From: an uncultured beta proteobacterium
Lineage (GTDB): Bacteria > Pseudomonadota > Gammaproteobacteria > Burkholderiales > Casimicrobiaceae
Reading direction: 5' to 3'
Length of the DNA stretch: 64,000 bases
NCBI GenBank assembly: GCA_963779445.1
Contig: CAVZYI010000003.1
Coordinates: forward strand, 21,047-85,046
Shown here: piece after piece, positions 47,365 to 57,285 of the stretch
Numbering within the stretch: position 1 is the stretch's first letter
How the letters are laid out: each line of letters begins with the position of its first letter
The notes under the pieces: generated by a model
Seen by the model: the letters and a program-made list of their open reading frames with translations, nothing else
What the model was told of the DNA's origin: nothing
The model's database searches: none
Position numbers and translations under genes: made by a program

Positions 47365-48753
47365 TCAGGCCGTTCGCGCCGAGAGGAGATCCTGCAGCCG
47401 GCGCACGAACTCGGGCGTGACCTCGCCGGCGGCGAGCCGCGTGAAATGCACCGCCTTGAAGTGCTCGGGCACGCGCGCGTCGCCGGCGTTCGTGTCGTCG
47501 ATGCACACCGGCAGGACGAACACCGCCCCGTCGGCCATGTTGCGGGTGCGGTCGATCGCGTAGCTCCACTCGCGGCGGAAGTAGCCTTCGAGCCGCCTCT
47601 CCGTCGCCGCCGAGACGACCGGAATGAAGAACGAGCAGCGGGCGATGTTGCGGTGGATCATCCGGTCGAAGTCGTCGCCGCCTTCGAGGCGCTCCATGTC
47701 GAACCAGGCCCTGATCCCGGCGGCGTCGAGCCCGGCCTTGAGCTTCTGCACGGCGGCGAGGTCGTCGCGCGCATAGCTGACGAACACGGCCTGGTCCGGC
47801 ATCTCGCGTTCCGGCGGCATGAAACGCAACGGCGCCGCGCCGATGGCGATGACGTCCGCCGGTCTGTGCCGCGCCGTCCAGCGCCGATGCAGCTCGTCGA
47901 CGAACTTGCCGGCGCCGCCGTAGATGCGCGTGCGCACGCTGACCTGCTGCAGGAAGCTCATCAGGCGGCTGTCGCTGCCGGAGTGGCTGTCGGCGAGGAC
48001 CTCGCCCACCTCGCGCGGGTCGGACAGCCGGTGGCGCTTGGTCATCCGCAGAAAGAATCGCGCGAGCCAGTTGGTGAAGCTGCTGCCGATCAGCAGCAGG
48101 TGATTGTGCTCGAGCTCGTGGAACAGCTTCTCCGGCGTCAGGTGCTCGCTCTGCAATGCGCAGATGAACTCCAGCGTATCCTCGTCCGAGATCACGTACG
48201 TCGGCGACGCCGACAGGCGGCCCATCAGGTGATAGACGACCGGGCGCTGGAGCCGCTCGCGCTCGGTCGGCAGGTCGGCGACGCGGTTCGGCGAATACGC
48301 GATCACCTCGGTGGACTGCGCGCCACCGAACCGCTCGCCGTTGATCGCCTGCTCGAGCAGCGGGTCGAAGGTCGTCGTGACGTACAGGTCGAAATCGGTG
48401 ATCTGGGCGAGCTGCCGCAGCGCGTGGGGAGGCGCGAAGTTCGCGTCGCGCAGGATGCTGCGCAGCCGCGTGTAGGCCTCCTCGCGGCGCCCGCGCGAAG
48501 CGAGAAACCAGCAGACGACGTCGTTCAGCGTGTACGGCTGCGGAAGCAGTGCCGTGTCGACGTTGAGCTTGCCGGCCAGCTTTTCCGCGAGCCATTCGTA
48601 CAGCAGCCGCGGGCCGGATTCGGTCTCGACCTTGAGCAGCTCCGGCCCGATGATCGGGATGACGCGGCGTTCCTCGATGAAGTTGAGGAGGTCCTCCCAC
48701 GCGTCATCGTCGAGCGTGGCGAGCGGCGGATGGATGGAAAGCAGGCTGGTCAT
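47365..48753 (-). CDS. SIR2-like (SIR2_2-type) domain fused to a C-terminal TIR domain
   Basis: ATG 48753 (ORF track starts 2 codons earlier at TTG). RVIPIIGPELL, LYVTTTFDPLLEQA, VVYHLMGRL, HLLLIGSSFTNW. TIR: AVFVSYARDDLAAVQKLKAGLDAAGIRAWFDMERLEGGDDF, CSFFIPVVS, GYFRREWSYA. Confidence 0.7.
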   Translation of the reverse strand: MTSLLSIHPPLATLDDDAWEDLLNFIEERRVIPIIGPELLKVETESGPRLLYEWLAEKLAGKLNVDTALLPQPYTLNDVVCWFLASRGRREEAYTRLRSILRDANFAPPHALRQLAQITDFDLYVTTTFDPLLEQAINGERFGGAQSTEVIAYSPNRVADLPTERERLQRPVVYHLMGRLSASPTYVISDEDTLEFICALQSEHLTPEKLFHELEHNHLLLIGSSFTNWLARFFLRMTKRHRLSDPREVGEVLADSHSGSDSRLMSFLQQVSVRTRIYGGAGKFVDELHRRWTARHRPADVIAIGAAPLRFMPPEREMPDQAVFVSYARDDLAAVQKLKAGLDAAGIRAWFDMERLEGGDDFDRMIHRNIARCSFFIPVVSAATERRLEGYFRREWSYAIDRTRNMADGAVFVLPVCIDDTNAGDARVPEHFKAVHFTRLAAGEVTPEFVRRLQDLLSARTA

Positions 48754-48882
48754 GCGCAATGTCCGCTACAAGCGAACTGTCTTTCCGGTTGCACGGCACC
48801 CCTCATTGCGCTCGGCCGGCTGCGATCCCGCCCGCGCGAGTCGCAGTGTCCACGATTCCCAAACGACGGTCAAACCTCGCGA

Positions 48883-50022
48883 TCAGCGCCGCGTGACCGC
48901 TTCCGGCGCGAGCGCGAGGCGATCGAGCGACGCGTCGCGTTCGTCCTTGGGCAGCGCCGCCAGCACCTTGACCCGGCCGTAGAAGCGCGGCAGATCGCCG
49001 CCCTCCGCGCGCAGCAGCGCGGCGAACTGCGGAACCCGGTCGGTGTAGAGACCCGCCGCCGCGATTCCGGCGTTGTTGGCGCCCGCGGCGAACCAGCGGT
49101 CGAAACCGGCGGCTCCGTCCCATCCGGCCTTCAGCCGTTCGTATTCGTTGCGCATCATTGCGAACTCGGCCGCCTTGCCGGCGCGCTTGTCGGCTTCGGT
49201 CGCATCGCTCGCGTACAGCGCCTCGAGCCGGCTGCGGGTCGCCCGGATGAGCAACCGGAACTCCGAGCGCAGCCGCTGCACCCGGGCGACGTCCGCCGCG
49301 AACTGCGCGGCGTCCGGGCGGTCCCGCTGCCCGACCAGCCAGCGCGCGAGCCCCTCCTCCTCCACGGCCACCGCGAAGGATTCGTTGAACGCACTGTCGT
49401 CCTTGACGTAGACGACCTGGTGCGCGAGCTCGTGGAAGATGAGGCGCGCCACCTCGGCCTCGCGATAGCGGATGAACGTCGAGAGCACCGGATCGTCGAA
49501 GTAGCCGAGCGTCGAGTACGCCGGCACGCCGCTCATGTGCACGTCGAGGTTCTCCGCGGCGAGCCTCGCCGCCTCGGTTCGCGCGTCGGCTTCGGCAAAG
49601 TAGCCGCGGTACGCGACGCAGCCCGCCACCGGAAAGCACCACTGCCGCGGCGTCAGCGACAGCTCGGGCGTCGCGAATACGTTCCAGACGACGAACGGGC
49701 GGCCGAGGTCGGCGTAGCGCGTGTAGCTGGCGTTGTCGGGCAGCGCCAGTTCGCGGCTCGCGTAGGCGCGGATCTCCTGGACGCGCAGCAGCCGGTCCCT
49801 CAGCGCGGGATCCGGGGTCGACTCGGCGACCTCCGGAATCGGCTTCGCCCGGGAGAGCAGGTCGAGCTGCCCGGCGATGCCCTGCCAGTAGAATTCGACG
49901 GCCGAGCAGCCCCCGAGCAGCAGCGCGGCCGCCGCGATCGGCACGAGGCGGCGCGCGGCGGCGCCGGCCGCGGGTCCGCAGGCTCCCGGCGTCATGGTCG
50001 TGCCTGCGGAACGCGCGGCCAC
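48883..50022 (-). CDS. Predicted zinc aminopeptidase (DUF2265-type), probable lipoprotein
   Basis: LLLGGCSAVEFYWQ (lipobox), YSTLGYFDDPVLSTF, IFHELAHQVVY (HExxH). Start may be the internal ATG at 49995. Confidence 0.75.
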   Translation of the reverse strand: MAARSAGTTMTPGACGPAAGAAARRLVPIAAAALLLGGCSAVEFYWQGIAGQLDLLSRAKPIPEVAESTPDPALRDRLLRVQEIRAYASRELALPDNASYTRYADLGRPFVVWNVFATPELSLTPRQWCFPVAGCVAYRGYFAEADARTEAARLAAENLDVHMSGVPAYSTLGYFDDPVLSTFIRYREAEVARLIFHELAHQVVYVKDDSAFNESFAVAVEEEGLARWLVGQRDRPDAAQFAADVARVQRLRSEFRLLIRATRSRLEALYASDATEADKRAGKAAEFAMMRNEYERLKAGWDGAAGFDRWFAAGANNAGIAAAGLYTDRVPQFAALLRAEGGDLPRFYGRVKVLAALPKDERDASLDRLALAPEAVTRR

Positions 50023-50025
50023 GCG

Positions 50026-51225
50026 CTACAGAAAGCGCCGCAGGCGCGCCACACCGTCGGCGAGCTTTTCGATGTCGACGGTGTAGGCGAAGCGCACGTG
50101 CGACGCCGCGCGGTGGCGCCCGAAGTCGACGCCCGGCGTGATCGCGACGCCCGCCCCCTCGAGCACGTCGCGGCAAAAGCGCTCGCTGTCGTCACCGAAG
50201 CGCGAGCTGTCCGCGTACACGAAGAAACCCCCGGTGGGCATGACCGGGATGCCGAACCCCAGATCGCGCAGCGCGGGGACGAGAAAGTCGCGGCGGTCGC
50301 GGAACGCGAGCCGGCGCCGCTCGACGATGGCGATGGTCTCGGGCGTGAAGCACGCGAGCGCCGCGCGCTGCGACAGCGTCGGCGGCGATATGTACAGGTT
50401 CTGCGCGAGTTTCTCGAGATCGCGGACGTGCCGCTCCGGCGCGACGATCCATCCGAGCCTCCATCCGGTCATGTTGAAGTACTTCGAAAAGCTGGAGACG
50501 ATGAACAGGTCGTCGGCACAGGGGCCGGCGGCGGTCAGCGCCGAGCATGGGCCGGCGCTGCCTTCGCCGTCGTAGGAGAGCCCGAGGTAGATCTCGTCGA
50601 CGACCAGGCGCCCGCCGAGTCGCGCGACGGTTTCGGCGATCCGGCGCATTTCGCCGGGGGCGACCTGGGTCCCGGTGGGATTCGACGGCGAGGCGATCAG
50701 GGCGCCGCGCGTGCGCGGCGACCAGTGCCGCTCGATCAGCTCGGCGGAGAGCTGGTAGCCGGTGTCCGGGCCGACCGGGATCCCCACCGGCTCGCCTTCG
50801 AGCACGCGGACGAAATGGCGGTTGCACGGGTAGCCCGGGTCGGAGAGCAGAATCCGGTCGTCGCGGTCGACGAGGAATGCCATCACCAGCAACAGCGCGG
50901 CCGACGATCCCGCCGTGACGATCACGCGCTCGGGCGCGACGGCGGCGCCGAAATGGTCGGCGTAATGCCGCGCGATCGCCTGCCTGAGTTCGGGAATGCC
51001 CAGCGCCGACGTGTAGTAGATCCCTCCGCTGGAGAGTGCGCGCTGCGCTTCCGCCACGACCGTCGCCGGGGTCGGAAAATCGGGCTCGCCGATTTCCATG
51101 TGCACGACGCTGCGCCCGCCGGCTTCGATGCGGCGCGCCGCCGTCTGCACTTCCATGACGTGGAAAGGCGCGATGTCGCCCACGCGCGCCGCGCAGGGGC
51201 CCATGGCTTGATCGGGAGTTTCCAT
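50026..51225 (-). CDS. Class I/II pyridoxal-phosphate-dependent aminotransferase
   Basis: [42 protein letters not shown] (PLP lysine). Confidence 0.85.
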   Translation of the reverse strand: METPDQAMGPCAARVGDIAPFHVMEVQTAARRIEAGGRSVVHMEIGEPDFPTPATVVAEAQRALSSGGIYYTSALGIPELRQAIARHYADHFGAAVAPERVIVTAGSSAALLLVMAFLVDRDDRILLSDPGYPCNRHFVRVLEGEPVGIPVGPDTGYQLSAELIERHWSPRTRGALIASPSNPTGTQVAPGEMRRIAETVARLGGRLVVDEIYLGLSYDGEGSAGPCSALTAAGPCADDLFIVSSFSKYFNMTGWRLGWIVAPERHVRDLEKLAQNLYISPPTLSQRAALACFTPETIAIVERRRLAFRDRRDFLVPALRDLGFGIPVMPTGGFFVYADSSRFGDDSERFCRDVLEGAGVAITPGVDFGRHRAASHVRFAYTVDIEKLADGVARLRRFL

Positions 51226-51318
51226 CGAAAGGCGTAGGCCGGACGGCCGCGAAAAGCGTTATGGTAATGCCTGGGACCGGGATTCCGGCCCTTTGCTCCC
51301 ATCCGAATAGACCCCGCC

Positions 51319-51834
51319 ATGATGCGCCATCATCGCGCCGCCTCCTGCGCAACGCTCTTTGCAGCGCTCTTCGTGCCGCTTGCCGGCGCCGCGGAAGTCT
51401 ACAAGTGCGCCGGCGACAGCAAGACGCCGGTCTACCAGGAGATGCCCTGCCCCCCCGGCCGCGAGCTTCGCAATTTCCAGACCGATCCGCCGGAGATCAC
51501 GGTGCTTCCGGGACCCGTCCGCGGCAACCCTGCCCCCGCGGCGACGGGCGACGCTGCAAGGAGGGACGCCCGGCCCGCCCGGGAAACTGCCGCGGCCAGC
51601 CCCGCAAAGCCATCGAAGGCCGACGCCTCCGAGCGCCGCCATGCGCGCGCCGGCATGACCCAGGGCGAGGTGCTGGCCAAGCTCGGCTCGCCGGACATGA
51701 CCGGAACGCGCAAGAACGGGAAGCAGGCGCGCTGGACCTGGCTACCCGCCGACGGCGATCCGGAGACCATCACGACGCTGGTGCTGGTCGACGGGATCGT
51801 GACCGAGGTCGAGCGCCGGATCATGAAGAAGTGA
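51319..51834 (+). CDS. DUF4124-like exported protein
   Basis: Signal peptide [47 protein letters not shown]; Pro/Ala-rich linker. Confidence 0.6.
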   Translation: MMRHHRAASCATLFAALFVPLAGAAEVYKCAGDSKTPVYQEMPCPPGRELRNFQTDPPEITVLPGPVRGNPAPAATGDAARRDARPARETAAASPAKPSKADASERRHARAGMTQGEVLAKLGSPDMTGTRKNGKQARWTWLPADGDPETITTLVLVDGIVTEVERRIMKK

Positions 51835-52283
51835 GGGCGCTGGTCCAGCGCGTGCGCGAAGCCTCGGTGCGCGTCGGCGGCCGCGAGACCGGCGCCATCG
51901 GCCCGGGTCTCCTCGTGCTGGCGGCGATGGCAGGCGACGACGGCGACGAAGACCGCGACTGGCTCGCGCGCAAGATCGTCGCGCTGCGCATATTCGACGA
52001 TGAAGCCGGCGTCATGAACCGCTCGGTCGTCGACGTGGACGGCGGCGTCCTCGCGGTCAGTCAGTTCACGCTGTACGCGTCGACCAAAAAGGGCAACCGT
52101 CCGTCCTGGTCGGACGCCGCGCCGCCGGAGATCGCCGAACCGCGGTTCGATGCCTTCGTCGCCGCGCTCGCGCGCGGGCTGGGCAAACCCGTTCCCACCG
52201 GAGTGTTCGGCGCCGACATGCAGGTCGCGCTGGTCAACGACGGTCCGGTGACGATCTTCCTGGACACCCGGCGGCGCGAGTGA
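51831..52283 (+). CDS. dtd: D-aminoacyl-tRNA deacylase
   Basis: GTG 51831 overlapping the upstream stop. [36 protein letters not shown]. Confidence 0.85.
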   Translation: MRALVQRVREASVRVGGRETGAIGPGLLVLAAMAGDDGDEDRDWLARKIVALRIFDDEAGVMNRSVVDVDGGVLAVSQFTLYASTKKGNRPSWSDAAPPEIAEPRFDAFVAALARGLGKPVPTGVFGADMQVALVNDGPVTIFLDTRRRE

Positions 52284-52310
52284 CGCCGGAAGCGGCGCAT
52301 CCCGGCGCTT

Positions 52311-53009
52311 CTACGGCAGGTCGAACAGCAGGATTTCGGCGGATTCCCCGCGGTCGAGGGCGACGGTCGACGCGTCGGTGATCATCGCCGCATCGCCGGT
52401 GGCGAGCGCCCTGTCGTTGACGTGCACGCGGCCGCGGGCGACGTGCACGTAGGCCCGGCGGCCGGCGGCGAGATCGTGGCGCGCCGACTCGGCGCCATCG
52501 AGGAGGGCCGCCGACACGGTGGCATCCTGATGGACGGTGACCGAGCCTTCGCGGCCGTCGGCCGAGGCGATCAGCCGCAGCCGCCCGCGCATCTGCCCCG
52601 GCTCGACGCGCGTCTGCTCGTAGCCGGGTTCGATGCCCGTGAATTTCGGCAGGATCCAGATCTGCAGGAAATGCACGGGCAGCGTCCGCGAAGGGTTGTA
52701 TTCGCTGTGCTGCACGCCGCGGCCCGCGCTCATCCGCTGCACGTCGCCCGGCGCGATGATCGAGCCGTTGCCCATGTTGTCGTTGTGCTGAAGCTGCCCT
52801 TCGAGCACATAGGTGAGAATCTCCATGTCCTTGTGGCCGTGCGTGCCGAAGCCCATGCCCGGCCGGACGCGATCCTCATTGATGACCCGCAGCGCGCCGA
52901 AGCCCATGTGCTCCGGGTCGTAGTAATCGGCGAACGAGAAGCTGTGATGCGAATCGAGCCAGCCGTGGTCGGCGTGGCCGCGATCTTCAGACCGGCGAAT
53001 CGTGATCAT
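52311..53009 (-). CDS. Pirin family protein
   Basis: GHADHGWLDSHHSFSFADYYDP, GFGTHGHKDMEILTYVLEG, SAGRGVQHSEYN. Confidence 0.88.
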   Translation of the reverse strand: MITIRRSEDRGHADHGWLDSHHSFSFADYYDPEHMGFGALRVINEDRVRPGMGFGTHGHKDMEILTYVLEGQLQHNDNMGNGSIIAPGDVQRMSAGRGVQHSEYNPSRTLPVHFLQIWILPKFTGIEPGYEQTRVEPGQMRGRLRLIASADGREGSVTVHQDATVSAALLDGAESARHDLAAGRRAYVHVARGRVHVNDRALATGDAAMITDASTVALDRGESAEILLFDLP

Positions 53010-53054
53010 GGAATCTCCCGCGCGGTCGACGGCGCAACGCGTCGCCGTGGCGCT

Positions 53055-54473
53055 TCAGAGTTTGTACGCACGCTTGGCGAGGCCATAGGCGAGCTCCGGC
53101 GCCAGCTCGAACGCCTCGTCCTCGCCGATCCGGTGTTCGACGACGAGCGTCGCGAGAAAGCGGCAATCCATGCGCCGCGCGACATCGTGGCGGGCGGGAA
53201 TCGACATGAACGCCCGCGTGTCGTCGTTGAAGCCGACCGTGTTGTAGAAGCCGGCGGTCTCGGTCGCCTGTTCGCGAAAGCGCTGCATCCCTTCCGGGCT
53301 GTCGTGGAACCACCACGGCGGGCCGAGCTTCAGGATCGGGTAGTGGCCGGCGAGCGGCGCCAGCTCGCGGGCGTACACGGTCTCGTCGAGCGTGAACAGG
53401 ATCACCGTCAGGTCGCGCTCGTTGCCGTAGCGGTCGAGCAGCGGCTTCAGCGCGCGGACGTAATCGGTGCGCGTCGGAATGTCGGCGCCCTTGTCGCGGC
53501 CGAAGTCGCGAAAGACCGTCGGGTTGTGGTTGCGCAGGCTCCCCGGATGGATCTGCATGACGAGGCCGTCGTCGATGCTCATCGCCGCCATCTCGGTGAG
53601 CATCTGGCCGCGGAACTCCTCCGCCTCGTCGGGCGTCGCCGTTCCGGCCAGCGCGCGGTCGAGCAGCCTCTGGCAGGCGTTCTCGGGCAGGTCGCAGGTG
53701 CGCGCGGTCGGGTGCCCGTGGTCGGTCGACGTCGCGCCCATCGACTTGAAGAACGCGCGTCGGCTGCGGTGCGCGGCGAGGTAGCCGCGCCAGGTCGCGG
53801 CGTTCTCGCCGGTGAGCGCGCCGAGCCTGGCGACGTTGTCGCGGAACCCTTCGAACTCGGGATCGACGACCGGATCGGGACGGTAGGCGGTGATCACGCG
53901 TCCCTTCCAGCCGGACGCGCGGATCTTCCGGTGGTGCTCGAGCGGGTCGAGCGGCGACTCGGTCGTCGCGATGACTTCGATGTTGAAGCGCTCGAACAGG
54001 GCCCGCGGCCGGAACGCCGGCTGGGCGAGGCAGGCATTGATCCGGTCGAAATGACGATCGGCCGACGCCGCGGTCAGGCGCTCGTCGATGCCGAAGACGG
54101 TCGCGAACGCGTGGTCGAGCCAGCTCCGCGTCGGCGTGCCGCGAAACAGATGATAGTTCGACGCGAGGATGTGCCAGATTCTGCGCGCGTCCTCCTCGAC
54201 CGGACCGCCGTCGCGGCGCGGGATGCCGAGATCCTCGAGCCGGACGCCCTGGCTGTAGAGCATCCGGAACACGTAATGATCGGGCGTGATGAACAGCGCG
54301 GAGGCATTGGCGAAGGGCGCGTCGTCGGCGAACCATTGCGGATCGGTGTGCCCGTGCGGGCTGATGATCGGCAGGTCCTTGACCGTCGCGTAGAGCTCGC
54401 GCGCGAGGCGCCGCAGCGCCGGGTCGGCGGGGAACAGGCGATCGGGATGGAGGTCGAGAGCGATTGAGGCCAT
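53055..54473 (-). CDS. uxaC: Glucuronate isomerase
   Basis: ATG 54473. LPIISPHGHTDPQWFADD, ITPDHYVFRMLYSQG, GPPWWFHDSPEGM. Confidence 0.88.
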   Translation of the reverse strand: MASIALDLHPDRLFPADPALRRLARELYATVKDLPIISPHGHTDPQWFADDAPFANASALFITPDHYVFRMLYSQGVRLEDLGIPRRDGGPVEEDARRIWHILASNYHLFRGTPTRSWLDHAFATVFGIDERLTAASADRHFDRINACLAQPAFRPRALFERFNIEVIATTESPLDPLEHHRKIRASGWKGRVITAYRPDPVVDPEFEGFRDNVARLGALTGENAATWRGYLAAHRSRRAFFKSMGATSTDHGHPTARTCDLPENACQRLLDRALAGTATPDEAEEFRGQMLTEMAAMSIDDGLVMQIHPGSLRNHNPTVFRDFGRDKGADIPTRTDYVRALKPLLDRYGNERDLTVILFTLDETVYARELAPLAGHYPILKLGPPWWFHDSPEGMQRFREQATETAGFYNTVGFNDDTRAFMSIPARHDVARRMDCRFLATLVVEHRIGEDEAFELAPELAYGLAKRAYKL

Positions 54474-54483
54474 GGTGCGTGTC

Positions 54484-56001
54484 CTACGTCGAGGGGTGCG
54501 CAAGATGCGCGGCCAGCGTCGCCCGCACGCCGTCCCGGAAGAGGGCAACGACTTTCCGGCCGACGATGCGGCGGAACGCGGCGTCGGCGCGAAGATCGGC
54601 GCCGAACACGGCGGTGAGGTCGAGGAAGCCTTCGGCGAGGCCGGCGGCGTTGCCTCCCGCCGCGGCGGCGATCCGCCGGAAAGTCGCCGCCAGCGGGTCG
54701 GCGACCTCGATCGCGCGGCCCTGCTCGTCGGTGCCGCTGGCGTAGCGGATCCAGGCGGCGACGCCGAGCGCAAGATGGTCGATCGACGATCCGCTCGCCA
54801 TCCGGTCGCGGACGGTGCCCAGCAGGCGCTGCGGCAATTTCTGCGACCCGTCCATCGCGATCTGCTGCGTCCGGTGCGGCAACGCCGGATTGCCGAAGCG
54901 CGCGCGCAGCTCGGCGCCGTACGCGGAGAGGTCCTGCCCCGGCGGCGCGGCCAGCGTCGGCGTCACCTCGTCGGCCATCAGCCTCTCGATCAATGCCGCG
55001 AGCTGCGGGTCCGAAGACGCCTGCCAGATGAACTCGTGTCCGGCGAGGTAGCCGAGATAGGCGAGCGTCGAATGGCTGCCGTTGAGCAGGCGCAGCTTCA
55101 TGGTTTCGAACGGCGCGACATCGGCGACGCGCTGCGCGCCGGCGCGCTCCCACTCGGGCCGCGCGGCGACGAAGCGATCCTCGATCACCCACTGCGTGAA
55201 CGGCTCGCAGACGACCGGAGCGGCATCGCGCAGGCCCAGAATGCGGGCCGCCTCGGCGAGATCGGCGTCGGTCGTCGCCGGAACAATCCGGTCCACCATG
55301 GTGCAGGGAAACGCCGCGTTCGAGCCGATCCAGGCTGCGAGCGCGGGATCGATCGCCTGCGCCAGTTCCCGGACGATGCCTTCGACGGTGCGGCCGTTGT
55401 GCGGAAGGTTGTCGCAGCAGACGACGTTGATCGGCCCGCCTCCCGCGGCGCGGCGGCCGGCGAGGCCGGCGACGAGTATGCCGGGCGCGCTGATCGAGTT
55501 CCCCGGATCCGCCATGTCGTGCGCGATGTCGGGATGACCGAAGTTCAGTGCGCCGGTGGCCGGGTCGTGGCAGTAGCCCTTTTCGGTCACCGTCAGAGTG
55601 ACGACGGTGACGCGCCGATCGGCGAGCCGCGCAGCAGCCGCGCCCGGTCCTCGCCGAGGAACAGCACCTCGCGCAGCGCGCCGATCACCCGCGCCCGCGT
55701 GCCCGCCACGCTCTTTTCGAGCACTGCATAGAGCCCGTCCTGCGCGGCCAGCGCGACGGTCGCGCGCGGCGTCTTGAGGCTCACGCCGCAGATGCCCCAG
55801 CGCGCGTCGCCCTGAAGGACGGTGTCGATGTACATCGCCTGGTGCGCCCGGTGAAATGCGCCGAGGCCCAGGTGCACGATGCCGATGCCGACGGCACCGA
55901 CGTCGTACGCCGGGCGCGCGACTTCCGGCGCCAGCATGGCGAGGGTCGAGCGGCGCAGCAGCGGCGCAAGCGTGCCGTCGCCGCCGCCGGCGGACGTCAT
56001 T
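54484..56001 (-). pseudogene. Mannitol dehydrogenase family hexuronate reductase (UxuB/UxaB-like); one frameshift near 55625-55635 as assembled
   Basis: N-terminus MTSAGGGDG...VGIGIVHLGLGAFHRAHQAMYID...VLFLGEDRARLL is in the frame of ORF 55593..56339. It continues as RLADRRVTVVTLTVTEKGYCHDP...MVDRIVPAT... in ORF 54484..55590. ATGA overlap with the dctM stop. Confidence 0.7.
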
Positions 56002-57285
56002 TCAGGAGCCAGTTGGGCACGGCGAGCGAGACCGCCGGCACGTAGGTGACGAACATCAGCGCCACGAACATGGCGAGATAGAACGGCCAGATCGTCTTCA
56101 CCGTTTCCTCGATCCTGATCTTGCCGATCGAGCAGCCGACGAACAGGCAGGTGCCCACCGGCGGCGTGCACAGGCCGGTGCCGAGGTTGAGCATCATCAG
56201 CATCCCGAACTGGATCGGATCCATGCCGATCGACTTGCACCACCGGCAGGAAGATCGGCGTGCAGATCAGGATCAGGCCCGCCATGTCCATGATGCAGCC
56301 GAGGATCAGCAGGATGACGTTGATGATGAAGAGGATCACGCAGAGGATTGTCGGAGATCCCGTGCATCAGCGCGATGGTCTTGGCCGGCACCTGGTGCAT
56401 CGCCAGCACGTAACCGAAGGCGCTGGCCGTGCCGATCAGCAGCATCACCATCGCCGTGGTCTTGGTGGCGTTGATCGTCGCCTTCCAGAAGTCGGCCGCG
56501 GAGAGGCTGCGGTAGACGAACACCGTGACGAGCAGCGCGTAGATCGCGCCGACCGCCGCCGACTCGGTCACGGTGAAGATGCCCGGACAACGTGCCGCCG
56601 ATGATGATCACGGTCGCGAACAGTCCCGGCGCCGCGCCCAGAAAGGTCAGGCCCACCGCATTTCCAGCCCGGCCATGCATCCTTCGGATAGCCGCGCTTG
56701 ACGGCCACCGCATATGCCGCGATCATCAGGCACAGGCCGGTCAGGACGCCCGGGACGATGCCCGGCCATGAACAGCGCGGCGATCGACACGCCACCGCCC
56801 GCGGCCAGCGAATAGATGATCATGTTGTGCGACGGCGGAATCAGGATGCCGGTCGTCGACGCCGTGATCGTCACGTTGACGGCGTAGTCGGCGCCGTAGC
56901 CTTTCTTCTTCATCAGCGGAATCAGGATCGCACCCAGCGCCGATGTGTCGGCGACCGCGGAACCCGAGATGCCGCCGAACAGCATGCTGGCCAGCACGTT
57001 GACGAGGCCGAGGCCGCCGCGGACGTGGCCGACCAGCGAGTTGGCGAATTGCACCAGCCGCTCGGCGATGCCGCCGAACAGCATCAACTCGCCCGCGTAG
57101 ATGAAGAACGGGATCGCGAGCAGCGAGAAGACCGAGATCCCCGACGCGATCCGCTGCACCTCGACCATCAGCGGGAGACCGTCGTAGACCAGCGTCGCCG
57201 CCGCCGCGATGCCCAGCGCGAAGGCGATGGGCACGTTGAACGCGATCAGCAGGAAGAAGCTTCCGAACAGGATGACGAGTTCCAT
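55997..57285 (-). pseudogene. TRAP transporter large permease (DctM family); about 5 frameshifts as assembled
   Basis: Consecutive homologous segments lie in different frames: MELVILFGSFFLLIAFNVPIAFALG...ALFMAG / IVPGVLTGLCLMIAAYAVAVKRGYPKD / VGLTFLGAAPGLFATVIIIGGTLSG / IFTVTESAAVGAIYALLV...GISDNPL / VILFIINVILLILGCIMDMAGLILICTPIFLPVV / KSIGMDPIQFGMLMMLNLGTGLCTPPVG...NWLLK. Shifts near 56762, 56660, 56583, 56340 and 56238. Confidence 0.7.
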
